Source: Desulfatiglandales bacterium (GTDB taxonomy: Bacteria; Desulfobacterota; DSM-4660; Desulfatiglandales; HGW-15). From it: DNA of 64,000 bases. The notes under the pieces were generated by a model. It was not told the origin of the DNA. It did no database searches and saw only the letters and a program-made list of their open reading frames with translations. Positions within the stretch are counted from its first letter, which is position 1. Each line of letters starts with the position of its first letter. The DNA lies in contig CAXXJJ010000004.1 of assembly GCA_963667015.2 (NCBI GenBank), forward strand, positions 352,001 to 416,000, written 5' to 3'. Shown here in pieces: positions 1-12,708 of this stretch. The position numbers and the translations under genes are program-made.

Positions 1-170
1 TTGATCGGTGATTTTAATGCGAAATCGTACCCCTCCCTGATTGTCATATTGGCGTATTGATATATTCCTGACACTATGGAGAATATAATTATTATGAATA
101 GGAAACTTCCAATCAGTTTGTATTTTGTTTTCAAATTATTGAATAATCTAAGTAAGTTCCATTTTTTCAT
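1..170 (-). CDS. 5' fragment of a membrane sensor, probably a methyl-accepting chemotaxis protein (runs off the left edge; not in the ORF track)
   Basis: Manual translation gives MKKWNLLRLFNNLKTKYKLIGSFLFIIIIFSIVSGIYQYANMTIREGYDFALKSPI. It has a GGGAGG RBS, an NLKxKxKL-then-TM-helix start typical of MCPs and sensor kinases, and an upstream sigma54 motif. Confidence 0.7.
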   Translation of the reverse strand, partial: MKKWNLLRLFNNLKTKYKLIGSFLFIIIIFSIVSGIYQYANMTIREGYDFALKSPI

Positions 171-230
171 TAAATTATCCTCCCATGTAAAAGGTTGCTA
201 TTATGACCTGCCTTATGTCCATAATATAAC

Positions 231-247
231 AAGCAAACAATATGCCA
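231..247 (-). promoter_or_regulatory. sigma54 -24/-12 promoter for the MCP-like gene
   Basis: Minus strand TGGCATATTGTTTGCTT (GG-N10-GC), about 60 nt upstream of the ATG at 170. Confidence 0.75.
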
Positions 248-494
248 TACTAAAGTATAGACCGGTTTTAAAATTTTATGGGAATTTGGCTGATACTTGT
301 GGTTGTGTTTCGGTAGCCTGTTTAATGGATAGCAGGACAGTATGGGAAGGTTTAGAAAAGGGCGTAAGGATCAGCAAGTGAGTGAGTTCGAGAATGAATG
401 AGAATGATCGAGAACGAGTTTGATATCAGAAAGAATATGAACAGTCCTTACGCCCTGGAAGAGCCTGTCATAAAAATGCCAGCCTCTTTTATCT

Positions 495-3400
495 TTATTT
501 TTTTCTCCTTGTGAACATGTTATATACAACCGGAAGTACATACATTGTTAGAAGTCCAGAAACAAATATACCACCTACTGATGCAGCTCCGCACGCCTGT
601 CTCATTTCAGAACCTATCCCGGAACCGACTGCAAGTGGAAGCATGCCAAGAACTGCTGCAAGCGTAATCATAACGATAGGTCTGAAACGGTCACAAGCTG
701 CCCTGACCATGGCGGAATGCCTTGGTACTCCTTCGTTGACAAGTACATTGAGTCTGTCCATGATAAGTATTGCATTATTTACAACAATGCCTATAAGCAT
801 TACGCCGCCCATAAGGGCAAAGAGTTCAACGCTTTTTCCTGCAACAAAGAGTCCGTAAAATACACCTATAAGAGCAAGCGGAACCGTTACAAGAATAATA
901 AACGGCTGCTTAAAGGATTCCATAATTGCTGCAAGTGTCAGAAAAACAAGTACCATTGCAATCAGGGCTGCTTCTCCTAATTCGGACTGGGCTTCTGACA
1001 TTACCTCGTACATGCCTCCAAATGCAAAACTGTAACCCTGCATCAGTCCGCCTTTTTCATTGAGGGCCTCTGTTGTCATATTTACTGCTGTTCCCAGAGG
1101 AAGATCTTCGTCAAGGTTGGCAAAGAGTTTGGATATCCTGAGTTTGTCCTTCCTGATAATCTGTACCGGTGCAGTTGTTTCTTCAATATATGCCATATTT
1201 TCAAGAAGAACAGGCGCCCCTTTACCGGGGAGAAGTGTGTTTTCAATCTGTTCTTTACCCTCGGTTTCAGCCATTTTTACAACAATATCATAGTTCCTTG
1301 CATTACGTTTGTATGTACCGGCTTCAATGCCTTCAATGTTACCTCTCAACAGGATACCAAGTCCTGTTACAGGGGCTCCGACATCTGCCATTACTTCCCT
1401 GTTAGGCTTGATCCTTATCTCCGGTTTACCTATTCTTACACTGGTATCACGATCGATTACACCATCAAAATCCATTGTAAGTTCTTTTGCCTTAAGGGCA
1501 AGACCGTCAAGAACATTCAGATCCTCTCCTGCTATTTCAAGCTCTATGCCTGAACTTTGACCTCCTGTCATGGTTGGAATGCTAACTGCTATAATAGCAT
1601 CCGGAACATCTGCCAGGCGGTCTCGTATTTCCTTTAACAGGTCATGGATAGATACATCTCTGTCAGTCTTGTCATTGAACTTAAGCAGAACCTGTGCCAG
1701 GTTTACACCTTCGGATGCCTGGCCTATCATACCCTCGACTTTTCCGATAGTTATAAGAACATGCTTAAGGTTGGGGAGATCTTTTAATTTATGAATACTT
1801 TCATCAAGCCGTTCTCTTGTATGATTAAGGCTGTACCATGTAGGGTATTCCATCTTTACAAAAATATCACCTTTGTCAGATTCGCTTACGAATCCGAATC
1901 CCAGCCCTGATGCAACAAACAGTGAGCTGAAGAAAATAAGGGCCACTATAAGTATTACCCCTGTTCCGGCAAATTTGTGCCTTTCAAGGAAAGATAAAGA
2001 TTTGCCGTAACCTGCTATTATTTTATCAAAAAAACTGTTCCATCTCTTTTCCATTTTTGCAAGAGGTGAGTTTGAGTTCGCATCCTTTGGTTTTAACAGA
2101 ATTGAACAGAGCAGGGGAGTAAGTGTAAAGGATATAAAAAGTGAGACAAGTGTCATTATAACCATTGAAAGGGCAAATGATTTAATGAAAACACCAACCA
2201 TGCCTCCCATTATGGCCATTGGAAAAAGTACGACGACATTTGTTCCTGCACTTGCAAGAACCGCTATAAATGTCTCCTTTGCTCCGAGCCGGGCAGATGC
2301 CTTCGGGTCACCGGTCTTGTCCAGCCTTGTAGAAATTGCCTCAAGGACAACTATGGAGTTTGTAACCAACACACCTACTGAAAGACCTATTGAAAGAAGT
2401 GTAAGGGTATTAAAGGTGAATCCCATAAAATATATAAAGAAAAGGCCGATAACAATAGTAAGGGGCATGGTGATGGAAACAACAAGGAGCGCCCTGAAAT
2501 TATAAAGAAACACAAAAAGGATCAGTGCCGTAAGTATTACTCCCTGAACTACATTGGTCCAGGCACTGCTCATAGTTGCACCGATAAATGTACCGTCATC
2601 GGTTACCCATATAAGCTCCATTCCTCCGGGCAGACTCTCACGAATGTTTTCCATGGCGGCCTTTACACCGTTTACAACATTTACTGAGTTTGCATCCGAC
2701 TTTTTAACAACCTTAATGGCAACACACTGTTTTCCGTCAACAACCGACATCTGTCTTAGTTCTTCGGTAGCCATCTCCACATGTCCTACATCCTTGATAT
2801 AACAGCGCTGGCCATCTACGTTTGTGATCTCAAGATAATTGAGGTCTTCTACATTGGTGAAATCCGCATCGTATTTTACGGAATATTCCATGCCGTTGCT
2901 TCTGATTCTGCCTGATGGAATTATTCCTACTCCCTGGCTTATTGCCTGAACAACACTGGGGCTTGTAAGACCTCTTGCCGCCATTTTTTCTCTGTCAAGA
3001 ATGACATGGACTTCCCTTTCCGCCCCGCCTATAAGGGTAACATCGGCGACACCCGAGATAACTGTAATACGGTCACGCAGGGTATTGTCAGCATAGTCAT
3101 ATATCTCATCAATAGGAAGATCCCCTGTTAGCGCCATCTGGACAACAGGTTTGGCATTGATATCATACTTGAGTATTTTAGGGTCTTCGGCGTCCTCCGG
3201 AAAGTCAGCTTTGATCAGGTCAAGTTTTTCGCGGACATCGGTTGCAGCTATGTCAACATCAACATCCAGAGTGAATTCAAGCATTGTCATGGCAACATTT
3301 TCCATACAGGTCGATGTTACATGTTTAAGGCCGTCCAGGGTTACCATCTGATCTTCTATAGGTTTTGCTATGTCCGATTCTATTTCAGACGGACTCGCTC

Positions 3401-3557
3401 CCGGATATACCGTTGTAATGGTTACATAGGGCATGTCAGCCTTTGGCATAAGCTCCAGACCGATTTTTCTGGCAGCATTAAACCCCAGTATTGTAAGAGC
3501 GATGATCAGACATCCCATGGCCACCGGTCTTCTAATGGATGCATCAGAAAGAAACAT
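495..3557 (-). CDS. RND efflux permease, AcrB/AcrD/AcrF family
   Basis: 1020 aa; IRRPV start, YPGASP motif, two large periplasmic loops, about 12 TM helices, RFRPIVMITLA motif. Confidence 0.95.
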   Translation of the reverse strand: MFLSDASIRRPVAMGCLIIALTILGFNAARKIGLELMPKADMPYVTITTVYPGASPSEIESDIAKPIEDQMVTLDGLKHVTSTCMENVAMTMLEFTLDVDVDIAATDVREKLDLIKADFPEDAEDPKILKYDINAKPVVQMALTGDLPIDEIYDYADNTLRDRITVISGVADVTLIGGAEREVHVILDREKMAARGLTSPSVVQAISQGVGIIPSGRIRSNGMEYSVKYDADFTNVEDLNYLEITNVDGQRCYIKDVGHVEMATEELRQMSVVDGKQCVAIKVVKKSDANSVNVVNGVKAAMENIRESLPGGMELIWVTDDGTFIGATMSSAWTNVVQGVILTALILFVFLYNFRALLVVSITMPLTIVIGLFFIYFMGFTFNTLTLLSIGLSVGVLVTNSIVVLEAISTRLDKTGDPKASARLGAKETFIAVLASAGTNVVVLFPMAIMGGMVGVFIKSFALSMVIMTLVSLFISFTLTPLLCSILLKPKDANSNSPLAKMEKRWNSFFDKIIAGYGKSLSFLERHKFAGTGVILIVALIFFSSLFVASGLGFGFVSESDKGDIFVKMEYPTWYSLNHTRERLDESIHKLKDLPNLKHVLITIGKVEGMIGQASEGVNLAQVLLKFNDKTDRDVSIHDLLKEIRDRLADVPDAIIAVSIPTMTGGQSSGIELEIAGEDLNVLDGLALKAKELTMDFDGVIDRDTSVRIGKPEIRIKPNREVMADVGAPVTGLGILLRGNIEGIEAGTYKRNARNYDIVVKMAETEGKEQIENTLLPGKGAPVLLENMAYIEETTAPVQIIRKDKLRISKLFANLDEDLPLGTAVNMTTEALNEKGGLMQGYSFAFGGMYEVMSEAQSELGEAALIAMVLVFLTLAAIMESFKQPFIILVTVPLALIGVFYGLFVAGKSVELFALMGGVMLIGIVVNNAILIMDRLNVLVNEGVPRHSAMVRAACDRFRPIVMITLAAVLGMLPLAVGSGIGSEMRQACGAASVGGIFVSGLLTMYVLPVVYNMFTRRKK

Positions 3558-3560
3558 ATA

Positions 3561-4727
3561 TTATTCCTCCCTGAGAATCGTAACGGGTGTCCCATCCGAA
3601 AGACGATCCTGACCCATAGTAACGATGGACATTCCCGGTTTGATATCCTTTGCTGTAATTTCAATCAATCCGTCATTTTCCAGTCCTGTTTCAACAGGTA
3701 TTATTTTTGCCTTGCCGTTTACAGCCGCAAAAATATTTGTTCCGTCCAGTTTTTTGAGGGCAGAAGCACGGGGGATTCCTATACCTGCATGAGAGCTGAG
3801 GATAACTTTTATGCGTGCAATATCACCTGAGGTAACTCCTTCAGGAGGATTTTTTATAAGGGTTTTAATCTCAAAGTTCCTCAGTCTGCTGTCAATTACC
3901 GGACTTTTATAGTCTACCGGCAGTTCTCCCAGGTCTATGGAACCAACTGTTATTTTCATTGTTGTTTCATTGGCGTTAACTTTCTGATAATAGGCTGCGG
4001 GAAGAAAAGCTGAAACCTCAAGAAGTGACAGATCATCTACCTGAACAATGGGTGTGCCCGAGCCAACCATTTCACCAGGTTCTTTTAATCTTTTGCTTAC
4101 ATAACCGCTGATCGGTGAAAGGCCCATAGAGTTTTCATAATCTTTCTGAGCTATAATATGTTTTGCCTGTGCCTGTTCCAGCTGCTTTTCAGAAAGATCA
4201 GCCATTGCTTTTGTCTCATCAAAGGCCGCTTTTGTCTGGATATAACGTGATTCCTGGGATTCCAGGGCATTTTTTGTGACTGCCATGTTATCATTGTAAA
4301 GTCTCTGGTAGCGTTCATAATCAAGTTTTGCCTTGTTATAGTCAGCTTCTACTCTTTTGACTGTTGCAAGCCTTGCCCTGTATGTAAACTCGGCCACGGA
4401 TACGGACTGCCTGGAAATGTCTACAGCCTGCTGTGACTTTACCTTGTCGATCTGGAAAAGTTTTGTTTTTCCTGCGACAACCTGATCACCTTCCCTGACA
4501 AATATATTGTCTATAATTCCGGCAGAGCGGGATGAAACAATGGAATAATTCCTTGTCTCAATGTTTCCTGATGTTTCCACTCTGTCTTCAAAGGTCATCT
4601 GTTTTGCCCTGGTAACTACTACGGATGCCCTGTTTTCTTTTGATTCAGCTTTATCATCAGAAGCGTAGGAGGTACTTCCTGAAATCAGCATTATAAAAAG
4701 TGCAAGATAGACTATTATTTTTTTCAC
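3561..4727 (-). CDS. RND efflux periplasmic adaptor (membrane fusion protein)
   Basis: Signal peptide, lipoyl-like half motifs (VREGDQV; SPISGYV), coiled-coil hairpin, VETGLENDG C-terminus; sits next to the RND permease. Confidence 0.92.
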   Translation of the reverse strand: MKKIIVYLALFIMLISGSTSYASDDKAESKENRASVVVTRAKQMTFEDRVETSGNIETRNYSIVSSRSAGIIDNIFVREGDQVVAGKTKLFQIDKVKSQQAVDISRQSVSVAEFTYRARLATVKRVEADYNKAKLDYERYQRLYNDNMAVTKNALESQESRYIQTKAAFDETKAMADLSEKQLEQAQAKHIIAQKDYENSMGLSPISGYVSKRLKEPGEMVGSGTPIVQVDDLSLLEVSAFLPAAYYQKVNANETTMKITVGSIDLGELPVDYKSPVIDSRLRNFEIKTLIKNPPEGVTSGDIARIKVILSSHAGIGIPRASALKKLDGTNIFAAVNGKAKIIPVETGLENDGLIEITAKDIKPGMSIVTMGQDRLSDGTPVTILREE

Positions 4728-4731
4728 TTTA

Positions 4732-6123
4732 TTATTCCTTTCCTGTTATTCCCATAACATCGGCCATTGTAGCTGCTGCTACCTGGTATCTGTAATCAGC
4801 AACTGCCATACCGGCCTTTGCTGACGTGTAATTACTTGCTGCGTCAAGTTTTTCGGATGATGTAATCATTCCTTCTTTCCACAATGACATTACTTCATTA
4901 TATTTGCTTTCGGCAGAGTCCAGTTGAAGTTTGGATAATTTTCTGTTTGCATCCTCATTATCAAGGGACTGTTTGGCTTTTATTGCTTCAAGTATTATCT
5001 TTATGCATGACTGCTCTCTTTCAAGCATTGCCTGGGCTTTTTCCTGTTTTGCTGCCTTGTATTTATAAATATTGGCAAAGCCGTCAAATATATTCAGGAT
5101 ACCTGATGCCCCATATGAAAAGATATCCCGGTATTTTAAAAATGAATCCCGGTTGCTTGTAAAATCACCCACAAGAAATATTTTAGGCAAAAAAGCCGAT
5201 ATAGCCATTTTCAGAGAATCACCTCTGGCTTCAATCCCCAGATCAGCTGCCATGAGTTCCGGTCGGTTTAGTATGGCCTTGAGAATCATATCTGCGAGGT
5301 CTCCGTCCTCGATAGAAAGAGAAGGGGGGCCGCCAAGGTTGATTTCGGAAAGAGGGTACAATCCCATGGCTTCAAGAAGTTCCGCTTTCGCATATGTTTT
5401 CTGTCTTTTCATTTCAGCAAGGTTGTTCTGCTGCATGGTGTTAAACGCACGTGCCTTTACAAGGTCGCTTTTCAGTATCAAACCCTCTCTGTACATGGCT
5501 TCCATTTCCTTTAAAAGAGCTGCAGCTTGTTCTGCCGCTGATTCTGCGGCCATAAGGCCGGAGTCCAGTGAAAGACATGAAAGGTAAAGGGCTGTAACCT
5601 GAAGCCTGATTCCCTGTTTTACCCGCAGAGTGATAAGCCCCTGGATATCATCTCCTTTTTTATAGGCATTGTACATAAACCACGTTTCAGGATTGAAAAT
5701 CGCAAGCTGGCCTTCGATTACACCAACCCTTGTTTCCTGATCTGACATGGCTATGTAGGAACTTCCTGTATAGTGCATCTGGTATTTATTAGTATCAGTA
5801 AAGGTAGCCTTCGCATCCACTTGAGGCAGGAAATAACTGAAGGCCGTTTTTTTATCCAGCTTGGCAAGACGTCCATCTATTTCTGCAATTTTCACATCGA
5901 GATTATTTTCGAGTGCTATATCTATGCATGACTCAAGATCGTAAACCTTATCCGGCGAAATTAGTTGAGCTGTCCTGCCTTTAATATCCTCATTAAATCT
6001 TGCGGCCTGTTTATTTCTGATAATTGAATAATTCGTTGTGCATCCACTTGTTAAAATCATTAGGGTTAAGGCAAAAATTACCGGATAAAATGCTTTATCA
6101 AACATGTTATTAATGGATTTCAA
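4732..6123 (-). CDS. TolC-family outer membrane efflux lipoprotein
   Basis: Lipobox LTSGC, ALENNLD motif, two OEP-like helical repeats; first structural gene of the efflux operon. Confidence 0.9.
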   Translation of the reverse strand: MKSINNMFDKAFYPVIFALTLMILTSGCTTNYSIIRNKQAARFNEDIKGRTAQLISPDKVYDLESCIDIALENNLDVKIAEIDGRLAKLDKKTAFSYFLPQVDAKATFTDTNKYQMHYTGSSYIAMSDQETRVGVIEGQLAIFNPETWFMYNAYKKGDDIQGLITLRVKQGIRLQVTALYLSCLSLDSGLMAAESAAEQAAALLKEMEAMYREGLILKSDLVKARAFNTMQQNNLAEMKRQKTYAKAELLEAMGLYPLSEINLGGPPSLSIEDGDLADMILKAILNRPELMAADLGIEARGDSLKMAISAFLPKIFLVGDFTSNRDSFLKYRDIFSYGASGILNIFDGFANIYKYKAAKQEKAQAMLEREQSCIKIILEAIKAKQSLDNEDANRKLSKLQLDSAESKYNEVMSLWKEGMITSSEKLDAASNYTSAKAGMAVADYRYQVAAATMADVMGITGKE

Positions 6124-6629
6124 TTAATATCCTCCATTGCTATTTCCTTGATCAAATTTAATAATTTTTTATAGACTTCTTTCATGTGATTTCTCTCATC
6201 AGGTGTAAGGCCGCTCATTACCTTAAAAACATCAGAATACCTTTTAGGCAATGCTCTTCTGCAGAATTCAATGCCTTTATCTGTGATTTTTATTAAGGTC
6301 ATCCTTCTGTCGCTTGGATGAGATTCTCTTTTTAAAAATCCCTTTCTCTGGAGGGAATCAAGATTTCCTGTCATGGTTGATCTTGTAAGGTGAACTTCAT
6401 CAGCGAGTTCGGCAGGGGTCAGCTCTTTATCAGTATATGAAAAGAGTATTTCAAGTATCTCCATCTGCTTTATAGGAATATCAAATCGAGAGCCTATAAT
6501 TTCAGTGAACATTTCTATTTCTCTGTGAAGATCCATAAGGGCCATGCCTTCTGTGATTGTTTCCCTCTCTTCACTAGGCCGGTCTCCAAGGGTTTCATTG
6601 ATTATTTTTGCATATTTAGCATACTTCAT
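6120..6629 (-). CDS. MarR-family transcriptional regulator
   Basis: Winged HTH (TPAELADEVHLTRSTMTGNLDSLQRKG) and DRR wing motif; 4-nt overlap with tolC. Confidence 0.93.
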   Translation of the reverse strand: MKYAKYAKIINETLGDRPSEERETITEGMALMDLHREIEMFTEIIGSRFDIPIKQMEILEILFSYTDKELTPAELADEVHLTRSTMTGNLDSLQRKGFLKRESHPSDRRMTLIKITDKGIEFCRRALPKRYSDVFKVMSGLTPDERNHMKEVYKKLLNLIKEIAMEDIN

Positions 6630-6694
6630 GTGATTTACCTTTCAGTTCAAATCGTCTTTAAAAAAAACTGTACGACGATAAATAATTCGACGCA

Positions 6695-6718
6695 ATATAA
6701 TACGATGTCGTACTATAT
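6695..6718. promoter_or_regulatory. Inverted repeat, candidate MarR operator
   Basis: ATATAATACGA-TG-TCGTACTATAT, a near-perfect palindrome about 65 nt upstream of marR. Related half-sites TACGACG and TTCGACG lie just to its left. Confidence 0.6.
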
Positions 6719-6850
6719 GCAAGTTTTTTTAAGTAAAATTTTAGTAAAAGAAAATATGCTCGATAATTCAATGTTTTAGTTGATATTGGACTTGATAAAT
6801 GAAGAAATCAGAGGGATATTTTAGATGAATATTGATGAATTTATTGAAAG

Positions 6851-8344
6851 CTAATTGAAAAGATCCGAGACATCACTCATAAGTGTTTGAATTTTTTCTA
6901 TCACCGTATCGATTTCAGGAGGCTCAATGCCGAGTAAAATTCTTGAATCGAGAGTAGATATATTAATGTCATCGGGATTACTTCGGACACCATAACCTGC
7001 TTTTTTTGCAATATTTCCGGCAAGATTCAGGAGAAGAATTTCCTGATCTGTATTATATTTAAATTTGGGTCCTGCATGAAGAAGGCACATTCTTGCATAT
7101 CCATCGCTGAAACCGCATTTTCTTAATGTTGCACTGCCGAAACTTGTGTGAACCGCTTTTGCTTCATCCAGCATCTCATCGACATCAAGAGATTCATATT
7201 TATAATGCAAATCTCCCAGTGTTTTTAAAATAAGTACCTTTCCAATATCGTGAATAAGCCCCATAAAATAAAACTTTTCGCTGTCCCCTAATCTCATGAG
7301 CTCAGCTAATGATCTTGCTGCAAAAGCACTGGCCAGGCTATGCTTCCATAGTTTTTCCATGAGTTTTTTAAATACTTTATCTTTGACTTCATAGAGGCCT
7401 TTATTGGCTATTGTTGCAACTATACTTTGTGTCTCCTTGGCCCCAATACGGGGAATTGCCTGTTTAATCGATAAAATCCTCTCTGTCCCTCTATATAAAA
7501 CTGAATTGGCAACAGCTATAAGGCGTACTGAGATAACAGCATCTTTCTCAATAATTGCTGCAAGCTCATCAGCACTGCTTGAAGGCGAACTAAGAACTTC
7601 CTGAATATCTTTCACGATTTCAGGTAATACAGGAAGATCTATATCACTTTTTTTAAATTTTTGAATAATATCGGATATAATTTCCTTTACTGATCCGGGA
7701 GGGGGTTCTACTGTGTTATTGTTTATTTCAAATTCCTGGTTGTTTTCAGAAGACTCTTCTTCATTGATCTCATCATGTTGAATAAATTTAACAAACCGGT
7801 CAGCCAGTATCTCATCAAATATTGTGCCTGACATTTTTTTAATTTTATCAAGTGCATGATCTGGGCTCATTGCTTCATCGTTAATGCCCCTTGATATTAA
7901 TCTATCGTAAGTATTTACAATGCTGAGTATTTTAGCACCAATTGGAATTTCATTACCTTTGAGTCCCTGAGGATAGCCGCTTCCATTTTCAGCCTCATGG
8001 TGAGAACGTATTATTGGCAGGATATCTTTTAATATGGTGTATTTTGAAAGTATTTTTTCAGAGATAAGGGTATGTTTCTTCATATATGCCATCTCTGTTA
8101 CTGTTAACTCGGATTTCTTGGAAGAAATTTTTTTCGGGATATAGATCATCCCGATATCGTGAAGAAGAGCAGCAATGTATATATGGTTTATCTCTTTTGA
8201 AGGACGTTCCAGGTCTTTCATAAATAATACACATTGATTGGCTACATTTGTTGCGTGAACCTTCATGGATGGATCATTTTTTTCCATCTCACGCATCAAG
8301 GAGTTTATAAGGTCCTTTAGGGTCCCATGTTTGTTTTCTGACAA
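6851..8344 (-). CDS. HD-GYP domain plus HDOD domain fusion protein
   Basis: N-terminal HDIG...HHE..NGSGYPQGL; C-terminal LPVLP...DAVISVRLIAVANS...LWKHS...IHDIGK (HDOD). TTG start. Confidence 0.88.
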   Translation of the reverse strand: MSENKHGTLKDLINSLMREMEKNDPSMKVHATNVANQCVLFMKDLERPSKEINHIYIAALLHDIGMIYIPKKISSKKSELTVTEMAYMKKHTLISEKILSKYTILKDILPIIRSHHEAENGSGYPQGLKGNEIPIGAKILSIVNTYDRLISRGINDEAMSPDHALDKIKKMSGTIFDEILADRFVKFIQHDEINEEESSENNQEFEINNNTVEPPPGSVKEIISDIIQKFKKSDIDLPVLPEIVKDIQEVLSSPSSSADELAAIIEKDAVISVRLIAVANSVLYRGTERILSIKQAIPRIGAKETQSIVATIANKGLYEVKDKVFKKLMEKLWKHSLASAFAARSLAELMRLGDSEKFYFMGLIHDIGKVLILKTLGDLHYKYESLDVDEMLDEAKAVHTSFGSATLRKCGFSDGYARMCLLHAGPKFKYNTDQEILLLNLAGNIAKKAGYGVRSNPDDINISTLDSRILLGIEPPEIDTVIEKIQTLMSDVSDLFN

Positions 8345-8494
8345 TTCTAAAAGTTCCCTTGTTCATTATGAAAAATTTATTCATAGATGAATTGCAGTAA
8401 TCTGCCAGGCAATACGTCAAAAAGCATTACAGAAAAGGCCTTTTTGCTTTAATAATGGCCTAACAGTCTGTTTATTCAATATGTAAACAATTTA

Positions 8495-8510
8495 TGCAAA
8501 TAGTGTGCCT
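8495..8510 (-). promoter_or_regulatory. sigma54 promoter for the HD-GYP/HDOD gene
   Basis: Minus strand AGGCACACTATTTGCA (GG-N10-GC). Confidence 0.65.
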
Positions 8511-8709
8511 GTATAAGCTATTGGTAAATGTGTAAAATTTATTTCAATTAATCTATATTGTAAATTGTACAGCAGCGAGTGCCATGTTAATTATCATTCT
8601 GTCAATAAATATATATAATATTTAAAGATTCTTACATATACTGAATGATCTTGAAAAAATAAGTCTACTCTGATATATTTCATCCTTTTTATTTCTACAG
8701 GTCGAAGAA

Positions 8710-11151
<2,442 letters not shown>

Positions 11152-11152
<1 letters not shown>

Positions 11153-12708
11153 TGAGTAACAGCATATATGAAAACAAGATACTTATTCTTGACTTCGGTT
11201 CACAGTATACTCAGCTGATTGCAAGAAGGGTCAGAGAGGCTCAGGTTTATTGCGAAATACATCCTTTCAATCTATCTTTTGAAAAGATAAAGGAATTTGC
11301 ACCCAAAGGCATTATCCTGTCCGGAGGTCCTGCAGATGTATTTGCGGAAGATGCTCCCCTTTCCGATAAAGAGGTTATTGATCTGGGTGTTCCGGTCCTT
11401 GGTATCTGTTATGGCATGCAGTATATGACACAGGTACTTGAAGGAGTTGTCGGAAGGGCGGAAGACAGAGAATACGGCAACGCCATGATCAAAATCCTTG
11501 ATGACAGTGATCTGTTCCATTCCTTTGATAAAGATAAAGATGAAAAGGTATGGATGAGTCATGGAAACAGGATAGACAGGGTCCCTGAAGGTTTCATAGC
11601 TATAGCCAGCAGCTCAAATAGTCCGGTAGCAGCAATGGCAGATCATGAAAGAAAACTGTTCGGTGTCCAGTTTCACCCTGAGGTAGCTCATACTCCCAAT
11701 GGATTAAAGATCCTTAATAATTTTATCTTCAGGATTTGCGGATGCAAACCTTCCTGGACAATGGAATCCTTTGTAAAACAGACGATAAAAGATCTTCAGG
11801 AAAAAATCGGTGATGAGCGTGTTGTATGTGCCCTGTCAGGCGGAGTTGATTCCACTGTAACAGCTATACTGCTGCACAGGGCAATTGGTGACAGGCTTAT
11901 ATGCATATTTGTTGATAACGGTCTTTTACGAAAGAACGAAAGCCAGGAAGTAATGGAGATGTTCAAGGACAGGTATAATATCAACATCAACCTTGTTGAT
12001 GCCTCGGAGCTGTTTCTTGAAAAACTTGAAGGTGTAACCGATCCCGAGCAGAAAAGAAAAATTATCGGACACGAGTTTATTTCTGTTTTTGAAAAAAAAT
12101 CCAAGGAACTCGGGAATATCAAATATCTGGCCCAGGGTACACTGTACCCGGATGTGATTGAAAGCGTTTCCTTTAAAGGTCCTTCCGCCACAATAAAGAG
12201 TCACCATAATGTTGGAGGCCTTCCCGAAAAGATGAAGATGGATCTTCTTGAACCCCTCAGAGAACTTTTTAAGGATGAAGTAAGACTCCTGGGAAGGGAG
12301 CTTGGGCTTTCAAAGGAACTTGTTTTAAGGCAGCCTTTTCCCGGACCGGGGCTTGCTGTAAGAATACTTGGTGAAATAACCAGAAAACGCCTTGATGTTC
12401 TCAGAGACGCTGATGCAATACTCATCGAGGAAATAAGGGCTGCAGGCCTGTACGAAAAAGTGTGGCAGTCATTTGCCGTGCTTTTACCCGTAAAGACAGT
12501 AGGTGTTATGGGTGATGAAAGAACATATGAGAATGTAGTAGCCGTGAGGTCTGTAGACAGTCTTGATGCCATGACTGCAGACTGGACCAGAATTCCCTAT
12601 GACATTCTCGAAAAAATTTCTAACAGAATTATTAACAATGTGCGCGGTGTAAACAGGGTTGTTTATGATATATCTTCAAAACCGCCCGGCACTATTGAGT
12701 GGGAATAA
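11152..12708 (+). CDS. guaA: GMP synthase (glutamine-hydrolysing)
   Basis: [42 protein letters not shown]. Confidence 0.99.

Noticed and set aside
76..381. 101-aa + strand ORF
   Set aside because: It has no motif and lies antisense to a better supported minus-strand gene start and its sigma54 promoter.
378..420. Purine-rich gagaatga-like repeats as a possible CRISPR or iteron array
   Set aside because: The tract is too short and irregular, has no repeat-spacer structure, and no cas or rep genes are nearby.
8345..8490. Possible c-di-GMP riboswitch in the long leader of the HD-GYP/HDOD gene (32590-32704 also checked)
   Set aside because: I could not find the GEMM tetraloop/receptor pattern, only short hairpins. 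An Infernal/Rfam scan would settle it.
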